Assembly: GCF_006345805.1 (NCBI RefSeq)
Contig: NC_043003.1
Coordinates: 806,001 to 870,000 of the forward strand
Length of the DNA: 64,000 bases
Origin: Octopus sinensis
Taxonomy: Eukaryota
Reading direction: 5' to 3'
A program made the translations under genes and the position numbers. Under the pieces are notes generated by a model that was not told where the DNA came from, did not search any database, and saw nothing but the letters and a program-made list of their open reading frames with translations. This document shows positions 36,034-49,625 of this stretch, in pieces (the stretch's first letter is position 1; each line of letters begins with the position of its first letter).

Positions 36034-36832
36034 GGATCTTTTCCTTTTGAACAACACTTTGTAACATAATTTCTAGGTAACTAAAAAGTTTTAAACTTTG
36101 TATACTGGTAGAATGTGTTTATAAAACATCGTTTTCTCTTGGCTTTATTGGGAAAATTCTATAGTTTGTAAGATATTTCGCCTGAAATTACTTGCATTTC
36201 GGCAATTTTAACCAATCCATTGACGTAAATAACATTCTGTGCATAATGAATATGTCCCTCCTTTAAGAAACAGATTGGGTTTATTTACATTTGTGAAGAA
36301 AAAAAGATACCCTTCCCCAGCCCCTAACCCTAACTAACCCTAACTAGATTGAAATGCAATAGATCGATACTAGGATTATAATTATGGGTGACAATTTCAT
36401 ACGACACCGCTACGGAAAATGGGATTTTTTTCTAGCAGTGTCAAATGAAAATGTCACCCATAATTATGGCCCTAGTATCGATCTATTGCATTTCAATATA
36501 TTTTAGATTTAGGGTTAGAGTTAGTTAGGGTTAGGGGTGGTGGAAGGGTATATTTTTTCTTCACAAATGTAAATAAACCCAATCTGTTTCTTAAAGGAGG
36601 GACATATTCATTATGCACAGAATGTTATTTACCTAAATGGACTCCAGTGATTGGTTAAAATTGCCGAAATGCAAGTAATTTCAGACGAAATATCTTACAA
36701 ACTATAGAATTTTCTCAATAAAGCCAAGAGAAAATGATGTATTATAAACATATTCTACCAATATACAAAGTTTAAAACTTTTTAGTTACCTAGAAATTAT
36801 GTTACAAAGTGCCGTTCAAAAGGAAAAGATCC
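36034..36832. mobile_element. 799-bp foldback DNA transposon (Merlin-like, non-autonomous) with internal telomere-like TTAGGG repeats
   Basis: GGATCTTTTCCTTTTGAAC...GTTCAAAAGGAAAAGATCC, palindromic over nearly its whole length; perfect 8-bp TSD GAAGTGTT (36026-36033, 36833-36840); GG termini. Confidence 0.85.
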
Positions 36833-36849
36833 GAAGTGTTTTGCTTACT

Positions 36850-36960
36850 GCTTCTGAGAGCCCATCAAAGGTGATGATAGCGTCTCTATTGCATTGTTTC
36901 TCATGGGAGCGGACGTGACTGACAATACCGATACGAGATAGGCTCATCCCGTGGCACTGT
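36850..36960 (-). pseudogene. RTE-clade LINE 3'-end fragment
   Basis: Translation ..CHGMSLSRIGIVSHVRSH resembles the RTE C-terminal SRIGLxSHxRxH motif; adjacent 29-bp tandem repeat 36951-37019. Confidence 0.55.
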
Positions 36961-37437
36961 GGTATTGAGGCTACCGAAAGTGGCACTGTGGTATTGAGGC
37001 TACCGAAGGTGTCACTGTGACATTGAGTCCACTGAAAGGGACCCCGAGCAACAGTCGCAGTGGTTTGGAGTACACAATAAAGCATACAGTGAATGAACGT
37101 ACGCGGTCCGTTTAGCCAGAAAGCTAGCTCTGTGTCGCTAAGCGAAACATCTATGTCGAGAGCTAACCGTAATTTTGTGTTCGGGAAATTTAGTACAAGA
37201 ACTTCACCTGCAACACACACACAAAACATTCGAAAGATAAAGAAAGGCTAACGAGTTAAATAATTCCCTAAAATTATATATTCTAACCAATAGAAATCTT
37301 TTCAAAATTGGTTACACGAATAATTTGTTTTCATTTTGATTGCATTCTGTGAGAAAAAGTTACCATCAGCACATTCACTCGAATATCGAAACACGCACAC
37401 AGACTTTATACAAACATACGGCCATCTCTCCACAAAG

Positions 37438-37476
<39 letters not shown>

Positions 37477-37592
37477 TGTACTGATAATAGATATTAAAAT
37501 ACATATGGAAACATGAAAACTTATGCACAACAACTCAAAGACGTCCATGTGGATGCGAAGCAAATTTCTTAAGAACATCATATATATATATG

Positions 37593-37644
<52 letters not shown>

Positions 37645-39156
37645 GCATGACACACAAACACATGACATGCATACACGCCAATACGCATCAGTACACACAT
37701 AAATACATACATTTCCCCAAACTAATAGAATAAAAAAAAAGAGACACACACAATCATGCAAGCTGGCACAGTTAAAATGGAATCCGTCTGCAGATAGAGG
37801 GACCGGGCAAAGCCGACACACCAGCATATCGCGTACCAACAGCATACATATATCACAGCAATATTTCGACATATGTCCCTACACAACTTGTTGCTATGGC
37901 AGCTTAGCACCACCGACTGAAAAGCTAGCGTTACTAATAGGTTTCACATTCGTATTAAGCGTAGCATAAATCTGTTTAGGGTAGACACCATATTTACTTC
38001 AGTACTTCACAGCGCATCACCCTCACCACCGTCAGCAGCGCCATCATCGTCATCATCCTCATCACCAACACCAATCCTCATCCACGTCGTCGTCATTGTC
38101 AACTTCAGCTGTAGCGCCAACAGCAGCGTGGCATTCTATTTCTAACTGGTTACCCGCGGTAGGCACCAACAACATGCACATAAAAAAAAATACCAATTTA
38201 TATATACTTGAAATGAGTGAAACCCCGCCACACACACACACACAACTATATCCAATAATAAAATAATTTAAGACCCTATTTTTATATGTAAACATCTTCT
38301 GTCCACTGATCAAGCGGGTTCCTGTTGACAGCTTCACTGAGGAGGCCAATATAGCCGAAACCTGTGCGTTTTGTTATTGTTTCAACTAACAATTATTATA
38401 TTTTGTTAGCTGGGACAAGCTTTTTTAATATTCTTTTAGATGTTTCAGTCATATGACTGCGACCATGCTGGAGCACCGCATTTAGTCGAACAAATCGACC
38501 CCAGGACCTATTCTTTCTAAGCCTAGTACTTATTATATCGAGCCGCTAAATTGCAGGGATGTAAACACGCCAACATCGGTTGTCAAGCGACGGTGGGGGA
38601 CCAAACACAAACACAAAGTACATACACGCATACACACACACATGACGGGCTTCTTTTAGTTTCCGTCTAACAAATCCGCTCACAAGGCTATAGTAGAAGA
38701 CACTTGCCCAAGGTGCCATACAATGGGAATGAACCAGGAACCATGTGGTTGGTAAGCAAGCTACTTACCACACGGCCACTGATTAATCTGTAGAAATTAT
38801 CACCCTTTCCGGTAGTGAGCTGATAACAACTACCATTTTTATTTTCCCCCACAGATGTCGTTCTGAACATCAGGATCTACTCGACTGATCTTCGTCTACG
38901 GTATTGGCTTATTTGAGTTATTTCCCTTAGCTTGATTTTTTTGCTTTTTTTAAAAAGAAGTGTGAGTAGCTGTTTGGTTAAGAAGCTTGCTTTCCATCCA
39001 CGCGGTTTCGGTTCCGTCCCAATTCGTGGCACCGACCAATTCCTTGTGAGTGAATTTGGTAGACGGAAACTGATTGGAAGCCTACCGTGTGTTTGTGTGT
39101 GTGCGTTTATGTATGTATGTGTGTGTGTGTATATATATATATGTATATGTGTGTGA

Positions 39157-39219
<63 letters not shown>

Positions 39220-39353
39220 CACGTATGTAAGTGCATGCATGCGTGTGTATGTGTGTGTTAGTGCGTGCGTGTTTGTGTGTTAATGCGCATGTGTGTGTGT
39301 GTCAATGCGTGCGTATGTGTGTTTGTGTTTATGTTAGTGCGTGCGTGTTTGTG

Positions 39354-39398
<45 letters not shown>

Positions 39399-39606
39399 GT
39401 GTGTGTCCGTCCTCCGCTACCGCTTGATAACCGATATTGATTTGTTTACGTCCCCGTAACTTGGCGGTTTGATAAAAAAAGGAGAACATTAGAATAAGTA
39501 CCAGATTTTAAAAATAAGTACTGCAGTCTAAACCCTTCAAGGCGGTGCCCCAGCATGGCCACAGTTCAGTGACTGAAACAAATAAAAGATACACGCTCAA
39601 GCAAAT

Positions 39607-39641
<35 letters not shown>

Positions 39642-40305
39642 CAAGCAAATACGCACACACACACACACACACTGACACACAGACGCAACCCATTTGTTCA
39701 CAGTCCGTGAAATATTGTAGATACAGTTACATAAAAGCTTAAATATATTTACAGCCACCCACGCATGCGCACACCCATTTATATACGCAAGCACAAGAAA
39801 TCTCGGCCATGTTATTAAGAGATTTCCTCCCACAAACATGTGACTCTGGGTTCCATCTCACAATGCAGCAACCTATGCAAGTGTCCTTTACCATGGTCCC
39901 ATGTTAACCAATGTGAGAACGGACGCCAAATAGGTAGCGAAATTGTGATGATATCCAATAGACAACTGACGAAGGTATCAATCTTGTGCATTTCTATTGG
40001 TGCTGTCATTGTTCTCCTCCACAAAACTCCCCTTGCCCGTCTGTATTATCATCTGTTGCAAAGCATAAAGGAAAGCATAAAGGAAAGCCCGACAAGTGAG
40101 TCTACGACATCAATAATAGCTAACGCGATGCTAGTTACTCGTCTGATTTATAAATAGAAATATACTACTCTGCTTCTGTGTATCGAGTTCTATGTATTTG
40201 CTAGTTTTTAAAACAATCTAGCTAACTCCCTCCTGGGATTAAAAAGAGTAGTAGCATTGATCTGTACGAAGCAACCACGTTGAGGTGGTTACAACCATTA
40301 CTTTA

Positions 40306-40410
<105 letters not shown>

Positions 40411-42657
40411 CGTAGTTCATTAATTCATTGAATAATAAATGAAAATATTTATTAAGTAATTTATCTAAGGTGTTCGGAAAAGTTCTTTAATCTTCACGTC
40501 TAATAAGAAATAAATATGGCGTAATTATTGATTTTAAACACACACGAGCGGGCACAAATTAAAAGTTGGTGTACGGTCAATTTAATTAACCGCTGCCTGC
40601 AGTGCTGGGTCTTATTTCTCTAATCCAGGAGGACGAAAAGCATAGGTGTTACCTCCTGGCACGATTTGGACTCCAAAACGCAAAGAAAACGTATACTGTA
40701 TCTACCTTCCTCAGCCCTAATTTGGAACAAATATAAAACGCGTTTGGTAGGTGACACCTGCCACCTGCATTCAATGTAGCATGATGCAATGTCTAGGTAA
40801 AAAGCATACTCAACTAATACTGTTTATATAAACCTATAACGATGTAAATGAGACAAGAATCATTGACTTCCTGCTGCTAAGATGTTTAAATGTGTTTGGT
40901 TTGCTGATGTCTGTGATATAAATTTGATTTCCAGTTGGTTCTCATCAGCTTCTGTTTAATTACCAACACATTTCTTTTTATACTCAAGATTATCCGTTAC
41001 CTGTTATCTATTACCTGTTTCAGTCATTGGACTGCGGCCATGCTACGGTATGGCCTTGAAGGATTTTAGTCGAACAAATCAACCCCTTCTTCCAGTTTGG
41101 TACATACTCTTTCGGCTTTTTGCCAAACCGCTGTGTTACGAGAATATATACAAAGTAACACCAGTTGTCAAGCAGTGTGGGACAATTAGACAATTACACA
41201 CACACACGCACACACACACACACACACACGCACGCACGCACGCACACACACACACACACACACCACACACACACACACACATATAGCTGATGGGTTTCCA
41301 CACAGTTTCCACACAGTTTCTCTCAACCAAATGCATTCACAAGGCATTGGAAGACTCCGTGCAGAAAACACTTGCTTGAAGTGTTACCCATTGGGATTGA
41401 ACCCAAAACCCCAATGGCTGCAAAGCAAGCTTCTTAACCACACAGCCATTCTTGCGCCCAATATTCAGGATGTTAGCTGAAGTAATTTCATCCATAAGTT
41501 GTTGTGGTTGTTGCTGCTGCTTAGCTGGAGGTCATCGTTGATTGAGCAGGTGTATGATCAAAGGTGACCTTCGTCTGTCTTTGTCCCGGACGTCATTCAG
41601 ACACAACCTTCCTTCGTGACACAGATAAAAGGAATCAGTTGAGAAAGAGGGCGAATTGACGTCGTCTCCTCACACCGATGTTCTTTAGACCAATACCGAA
41701 GGAACGCCGTTTCGTGATTTAAGATGTAAGGCTGCGATGCTCTGTTATGACTTAGGATGTCGGTATTTGCTTTGAGTCTCTGCGCTCCGAGTTCAAACCT
41801 CGCTGATGTCAAATTTGCCTTTATTGTTTGTTAGTCGGTTAAACCCTACCAGGGGCAGTGAATTGCCGAAACTCTAAGAACATCAGACCGGATGCATTGC
41901 GGCAGGTGTTCCGGTTGCTTACTTTCTGAGTTCAAATCCCGCCATGGTTTACCGTGTAAGGGACCAACATTTTTACAGGGCTTCCAAGATAAGTGGAAGG
42001 GAGGGTTTGGAAGGAAAGGGTTATCCTCAATTTGGAAACCTGACTCAGATGCTTGCCACAGAATAAGGAGTCCGCTAAAAGCATCACAAGTGAAGGGGCC
42101 ATGCTGGAGTGTTCCTATTTTTGCTCATGTCAGACTTTTCATACTGCACAACACACGCGCAGACATACCGGCACTCCATTGATTACGACAACGAGGGTTC
42201 CAGATGACCCGATTCCGATTAGCGGAACAGCCTGTTTGTGAAATTAATGTGCAAAGTGGCTGAGCACTCCACAGACACGCGTAACCTTAAAAATCCAACA
42301 AGGCCGGCCCTTTGAATTACAAATACTACTCATTTTTGCCAGCGGAATAGAGCAACATGAAATCAAGTGTCTTGCACAAGGACACAACGCAGGCCGGAAT
42401 CGAACTCAACCTTACTATTGCTAGCCGAATACCCTAACCACTAAGCCATGCGCCTTCAAACAGACAAACAGACTCAAATACAGGCATACACAGGAATATA
42501 CATGTACACACACAATCTAGCGGCACCGCTGTCTGAATGTCAGCTACTCAATGTAATTTAGTTAAATTACGTTTAAAATTTCGTGTCCTTTTCCCTCCTA
42601 AATGGCTCCTCCATTAACATGGAAATAAATTAACCAAGTTATAAATCATTGTTCTTC

Positions 42658-42695
<38 letters not shown>

Positions 42696-42800
42696 TGGAG
42701 GAAATGAGTTTGAGAATGTCTGTGAGAAAGTATTTGTAAAAACGTGCGTAGAGTATGACTAAAATAGTGAATGTGAATGCGTATGTACATTTATGTGTAT

Positions 42801-42839
<39 letters not shown>

Positions 42840-42993
42840 TACAGATACATATATGTACATATATATTCATCCGCATATACACATACATGGACATAAATTC
42901 ACACACACACATACTTATGCACGCTCACAAATATGGATATATATATACACATATAGTCATCCACAAAGACACATACATATACATTTACGCATA

Positions 42994-43031
<38 letters not shown>

Positions 43032-43462
43032 CGTCTGCGTGCTTCAGTTTCGGTCGGCTGCCATCTCCGCCCCTCAGAAGAGCAACCAGCATCACCATTA
43101 TAACAATAATATATTTAAAATTTCATTTATTAATTTGTGTGAAAAGCCGGAAGCTGGGGCGTCGGGACATTCGAATGGCTTTAGTAGTTGTAACTATTGC
43201 AGATAATAACTGTTGTTGTCGATGTAACAATTGAACAGAAAACGGGGGAGAACGAGTGGCATCGGACACAGATTGAGGGGGTTGTGTGATTAAGTTACCC
43301 GCTTTGCATCTCTGTGGTTTCAGGTTCGGTCCCTCTGCACAGCAACTTGGACAAGTGTCTTCTACTATAGCCCCAGGCCGGCCAAAGCCTTGAGAATGTG
43401 ACAGACGGAAACTGTGTTGAAACCCGCTGTGTATGTATGTATGCATATATATATATATTAAA

Positions 43463-43988
43463 ATTTCTAAGTCTCTCTAAAGGGGACTACGGCAGCGGTA
43501 CTGGAAATTAACAGTTATCCCCAAGCTAATATGGCAGTCCATAAATATAAGACTAAAGCTGCCGTTGATTAGCTCCAAGAGGCTATCGCCTCTAGCTAGC
43601 TATATGACACACGAACCTGTGGCCATTATAACCTTCGAACCGCTGCCGTAGTCTCCTTTAGAGAAACTTAGAAATAATAATATTTCTATTTTTGAAAACC
43701 AGTGGATGTATTCCACTGAAATTCGGTAAATAATCCTTCGAACAGACGGTCGGCAGCGACGCCTGCTGGGTTTGGCTACTCTGCATTGATAAGGGGCAAA
43801 TACCCTGAAACGTCTGCAGGTGTCTGACCAGCAAGGGAAGCGGCTGACCTCCCCTGTTCGAAGGTTATAATGGACACAGGTTCGTGTGTCATATAGCTAG
43901 CTAGAGGCGAGGGCCTTTGGAGCTAATCAACGGCAGCTTTAGTCCTATATTTACGGACTGCCATATTAGCTTGGCGATAACTGTTAAT
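43463..43988 (+). mobile_element. PLE-type remnant with doubly inverted architecture, inserted in (TA)n
   Basis: 43507-43640 is the reverse complement of 43856-43988; 43463-43499 is the reverse complement of 43639-43675; HHR lies between the arms. Confidence 0.75.
43781..43819 (+). ncRNA. Minimal hammerhead ribozyme with compensatory U3-A8 core
   Basis: CTGCA TTGATAA GGGG caaata CCCT GAAA CG TC TGCAG; perfect stem I, 4-bp stem II, GUC site. Confidence 0.8.
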
Positions 43989-45218
43989 ATATATATATAT
44001 ATATATAAGATTCGAGTATAAACCTTGTAGGATGCTATGAAAATCTCATCCACAGTTATTCTTTTCTATTCTAGGCACAATGCCCGAATTTTTGGGGAGG
44101 GTTCCAGTCGATTAGATCGACCCCAGTATGCAACTGGTACTTAGTTTATCGTCCCCGAAAAGACGAAAGGCAAAGTTGACCTCGGCGGAATTTGAACTCA
44201 GAACGTAGCGGCAGACGAAATACCTCAAAGAATTTCGCCCGGCGTGCTAACGTTTCTCGGCTACCCGATGTCATCATACGGTGTGAATACTTCTACTGGA
44301 TATAATTCAGGAATTCCACCGTATTTGTACAGTTTATATAAATAGATCAATGATAGAAAATGGAATGATTGACACTCTTCGTTTAAAATCACTACAAGTG
44401 TTTTGACACATTTTGACACCCATAGTATATCGGGGAGATGTATAGTTATTGTCATCCGTCCAACGTTCAAAGTGCACTTCCTCAGGTGATCGTTTAAATA
44501 AGTCTTTCATTAGCTCCCACCGTCATTTCACTCAGTGTGTGTGTGTGGTATGTGCGTCCACCGTCGCTTGGCAATATGTGTTGGTTTGTTTACGTCCTTA
44601 TAACTTAGGGATTCGACCTAAACTCTTTAAAGTGGTGTATTAGGCATGGTTGTAGTCTAATGACTGGAACAAGTAAAAGGTAAAAATAAAAATGGGAATA
44701 AATAAAATGTGAAACCGAAGTTGTGGCATGTCGCGGCACATTTGGTAATAATAAGCATTATGGGTTGGTGCCGCCCATCGTCAGCCTCTCCCCTCGGTTT
44801 TTAGAACTGACTGAAAAGACGGTTAGGGCAACGTACTCAGCAATAACAACAACAACAATTTAATCGTTTCTTGTACTAACACCTACACTGTAGCACTAAC
44901 CTTACCAACCACTCCCGAAACGGTTTCAGCTTTTTTACCTTTGCCATAATTACATCATAATCTTCAACACCACCACCACCACCACCACCACCTCCACCAC
45001 CACCACCACCACCACCACCACCTCCACCACCACCTCACCACCACACCCCACCACCGCCACCGCCACCTCCACCTCCACCCCGCCACCACGCCCACCACCA
45101 CCGCCACCGCCACCTCCACCACTCACCCCCACCACCACACCACCCCGACCACCTACCGCCACCACCACCACCACCTTCCCAACCACCACCACCGCCCACC
45201 ACCGCCACCACCACCACC

Positions 45219-45318
45219 NNNNNNNNNNNNNNNNNNNNNNNNNNNNNNNNNNNNNNNNNNNNNNNNNNNNNNNNNNNNNNNNNNNNNNNNNNNNNNNNNN
45301 NNNNNNNNNNNNNNNNNN
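45219..45318. other. Assembly gap (100 N) next to a (CCA)n tract
   Basis: Run of N. Confidence 1.
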
Positions 45319-46707
45319 GGGTTTTGGTCGACCTATGTCGGAGCCAAATTAGCTGCCCTCTTCCTTTAAACGTAACATGTCCTCAACATAAGTTTATCAC
45401 CATTCCCTTTTCCACCGCCCTATACGGGTCACACTTCCCACGATACGTCACTGCATCAAAAGCATTCCAGCCATAGCCATCCCGCCTTTTTAGAGAACTA
45501 GAAGTATTTCAGACCCCATTATTTAACAAGTATACTTATTTTAAGGTGATGTTATTTATAAATAAGGGCATTTGATTGCCATTTCGAGCAATCATAGATG
45601 TCTATTTGTTGGCTGAGATGTCAGGACCAGCTCCAAGTTATTTTGTTTTTCGGTTTGACCTGGTATTTTAGTGCATTCAGGATTTAGCCCAATTCTATAA
45701 ATTAGCTGAGGTTGTTCTAAATAATAATGTTCTGCCTGGAAATCTCCTGGTTGGAGGATAAACAGACAAAGACTGGAATTCTAGAGGGATCCAGTTATTG
45801 GTTCCAAATCATGGACAGGAGCAATAGACTTTAAAATATTGTGTGTCAAATTCTGGCATTAGGCCACCAAGTTCGGGAGAGGGGGCAAGTCAATTGCCTC
45901 GACCCCAGTACACAACTGGTACTTATTTTATCGACCTCAAAATGATAAAAAGTAAAATCGACTTCGGCGGAATTTGAACTCAGAAAGTCAAGACGGATGA
46001 AATGCGGTTAAGCATTTTGTCCGGCGTGCTAATGATTCTGCCCGCTCGCCGCCCTAATAGACTTTAAAATCTAATATAATAATATATTTATATCTCATAC
46101 AAGATAAGATGGCGTGGTGGCAGAATCGTTAACATGTCGGACCAAATACTTCGGGCACTTTACGTACCGAGTTCGACTTCCATAGAGATCTACTTTACCT
46201 TTCAGGGTCAATAAAATCAATACCAATAGAGCAGTGGGAGTTGATGTAATCTATTTACCTGCTTCGCCTAAAAGTGCCGGCCTTGTGCCAACGCTTAAAA
46301 ACCATCTTTTTGTACAAGATTATTCCCTTCACTTCGGTCTCTTTCTGTCTTCAATCGGGTAATGGGAAATGGTGAGGGAGCAAAGCCTCTCACAGTGGGG
46401 GGGTCCCTCCAAGAGACGGAGGAAGTTTGAGCGAGTGGGGTGATGGGGAGAAGCTACCGAACTTTTATCATCTTGTAGACGAAAACCCTTTGCACTCCTA
46501 CGAAAAAAGAAAAAAACCTCAGACAACATGGCGGGCAAAAAACGGATCGATGTAATGTTGATGCACGGAATAGAACGCTTGTGTGTGTGTGTGTGCACGC
46601 GCGCGTGTATGTATGTGTGTATACAAACACACACTATAGCCCCGGGCCGATTAATGCCTTGTGTGTGGATTTAGTAAAAGGAAACTACATGGAAGCCTAT
46701 CATGTGC

Positions 46708-46739
<32 letters not shown>

Positions 46740-48194
46740 TGTGTGTGTGTGTACGTAATCATTCCTAAGATCCCTGTTAGTTCCTTGCCTGCCTTTCTAG
46801 TATCAGATGGCCGTTTCTCACACGTCTCTCTCTCTCTCTTTCTCTGCAAGAGTTGACAAACACAGACTGACAGACAGACAGACAGAAAGATTGATAGAGA
46901 CGAAGAGAAAACACAAGGGTTTCTTTATAGTGTGAGACGCACATTATGGGGGCCGCTTGACAATTTCGCTGCGACACTTCATAAAAAGTCAAGCGACTCT
47001 AGTTTTTCTTCTTCAACGGCGATATTACGTCATCTTTTTCCATTACAGAACAACCGATTAACATAATATGCACGAACGTGTACGCACGCGTGCGCGTCGC
47101 TCACGCGCATGCATGCAGCAGAGTGCAGCCGAGCCGTTGTCGCCAGTGAGCTCGTTCTTGCAGCCAAATGGTTCTGTGTTCGATTCCACTCGGCGCATAG
47201 GTCCACCATAGGTCTCAGTTCAAAACGTTTTCTTTTAAGTAAAATTCGGTAGAAAGAAACTGTACGGAAACCCATCGCTTGCAAATGTATGCATGTGTGT
47301 GTATGTGTGCATGTATGTGTACGTGCATATATTTGCGTGTGCATCTGCATGTGTGCATGTGCGTGTTTGTATATATTTAAGTATGCATGCATACATGTAT
47401 AAGTGTGTGTGTGTATGTATGTAAGTGTGCTTACATGTTTGTATATATGTGTGCATGTACGTATGCAGGTGTGCGTGCGTGTGTATATATATATATATAT
47501 ATATATGCATGTGTGCGTGCGTGTATATATATATATATATGTACCTGTGCGCATATATATGTATGCATGTGTGCATGCACATATATATATGTATGTGCGT
47601 GCGTGCGTGCGTGCGTGCGTGCATATATGTATGCATGTGTGTGTGTACGTGTATGTATATATGTAATGTGTGTGTATATGTAGTTGTGCCATTGACTGTG
47701 CATGTTTACCGTTGAGTCGATAAATGTTAACTGAACCATTCGATAAATAGAGATCGATGAAACAGGCAAAATGATTGATATTATTACTGTGATCGATATA
47801 ATAGTGTAAAATCACCAGAAGGCAGTGCTACAGCATGGCCGCAGTCCAAATAATAAAACTAGAAAAAGGATGTATATGTTTCGCTTTTGTTCTTTATTTT
47901 ATTTTATACAAACAGGAAAACAGTGTCTGTCTGTCTGTCTGCTTAAATAACCGACAGAAGTTACAAAGTGACTCGAGGGCCAAGAATTTCGTGCCATGAC
48001 ACGTATGTGTGCGCATTGATGTTTATGCTTCATCCGACGATGGCCTAACAAGGCGGAACTTCGAAGTCACTGTCAAAACTATCTTTAGTAATGAATTAGC
48101 AAATTTGTACTTCACCGAATTTATTGAGTAATCATTTAACTTAAATGTAAAATTGTTTATTTTTATTATAACATAAAAACAAACTGTTATATAT

Positions 48195-48227
<33 letters not shown>

Positions 48228-48418
48228 ACTATGATAAATATTGAATTATAATCGCGACAAGACACCAAAAAGCCATTAGACAATCCAACGTCAGTTTCTT
48301 GTCTGATGGTCACATGACATGTTGTCTGCCCCTTTTCTGTAGCAACCATTCTCCTGTCTACTCTCACCGTTCCTCACATTCTTTTTTCTTATCTTCCCCC
48401 ACCCTTCGCTTTCTAAAC

Positions 48419-48456
<38 letters not shown>

Positions 48457-49093
48457 CGTATACACATAGAGGCAAACGCGCGCACAGACACACTCAGACA
48501 CATACATAGGCGCGTGTGTAACATATACACATATTTACAATTTATTTTATACACTTTTACTCTCTTTTACTTGTTTCAGGCATTTGACTGCGGCCATGCT
48601 GGAGCACAAAACGAAAAAACAAGAAAGGCTTGAATCTTTTCGTTAAAGATCAACACTTTGTACCCATACACCAAAGTATAAATATATTTTATGCAATTAA
48701 CTTCAACCAATTGTTTAGAAAACAATCAATACACCGACTAATGAAATTCACTTTTGATAAACTAGCCACATACGTGGATACATGCACAAATATATTTCTT
48801 TACTACCCACAAGGGGCTAAACACAGAGAGGACAAACAAGGACAGACAAACGGATTAAATCGATTACATTGACTCCAGTGTGTAACTGGTACTTAATTTA
48901 TCAACCCCGAAAGGATGAAAGGCAAAGTCGACCTCGGCGGAATTTGAACTCGGAACGTAACGGCAGACGAAATACGGCTACGCATTTCGCCCGGCGCGCT
49001 AACGTTTCTGCCCTCGCCGCCTTAAAAAAAGACTTTTATGCCGACCACGATGAGATAAATACACAGTGAAACATGCGCGCGCAGACACACATA

Positions 49094-49321
49094 CAGGGAG
49101 GTACCGAAAAGTCCTTGGCTTAAAGGGTGTCGTGAAAGGCATGGTTGGAGGCCCAACTCCCGAGGGTTTTTCTTTTTCTTTTACAGGGCTTAGAAAAACT
49201 GAAGGACCGCTGCAATAATTGCGTGAGTCTAAGAGGGGAATATGTTGAATAAAATCCTAATTAACTGATCCTCTTTTTATTTTCTTTTACCCAAAACCAG
49301 GAACTTTTCAGCACACCTTCG
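49094..49321 (+). mobile_element. Internally deleted mariner element retaining the transposase C-terminus
   Basis: TA-flanked imperfect TIRs CAGGGAGGTACCGAAAAGTCCTTGG / CCAGGAACTTTTCAGCACACCTTCG; encodes QGLEKLKDRCNNCVSLRGEYVE*. Confidence 0.85.
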
Positions 49322-49399
49322 TAACCTCCCCCCCCCCCCACACACACACGACATATGAAAGAAGTGAATGACTGTGAGATAGAATATTAAGGGCCGTAG

Positions 49400-49625
49400 T
49401 GATTGTTGTTGCTTAGCCCCAGATTAGTCCTGATCGAGCAGACGTATCATCAAAGGCATTCTAAACGTGACCATCCCACCTCTTTCTTCGTATGGGTAGA
49501 GTTAATCCAGGATTACATTGCCCAACGTGTCCTTTTCTAAGATGGTGGAGTGTGCGAGCTGAGGGAAATTTGGCTGCTATTTCTAACAAGCCAAGCAACC
49601 ACATAGAGACTCCTTTTGTGGCCGG
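49400..49625 (+). repeat. Unclassified interspersed repeat (TTAGCCCCAG..CTGATCGAGCAGAC..ATCAAAGGCATTC...TTTGGCTGCTATTTCTAGCA)
   Basis: About 10 diverged copies: about 14605-14790, 31550-31680(-), 32000-32520, 33580-33700, 41510-41590, 45450-45615, 50980-51190, 59500-59660, 60250-60560, 62830-63030. Confidence 0.7.

Noticed and set aside
38332-38370. CTGAGGA GGC caatata GCC GAAA motif
   Set aside because: Core and stem II are present but there is no UH site or stem I partner.
48028-48066. CCGACGA..GCCT aaca AGGC GGAA C TT CGAAG motif (and similar at 44458-44492 minus, 17349, 29739)
   Set aside because: Two or more core deviations each; cannot be separated from chance without a family consensus.
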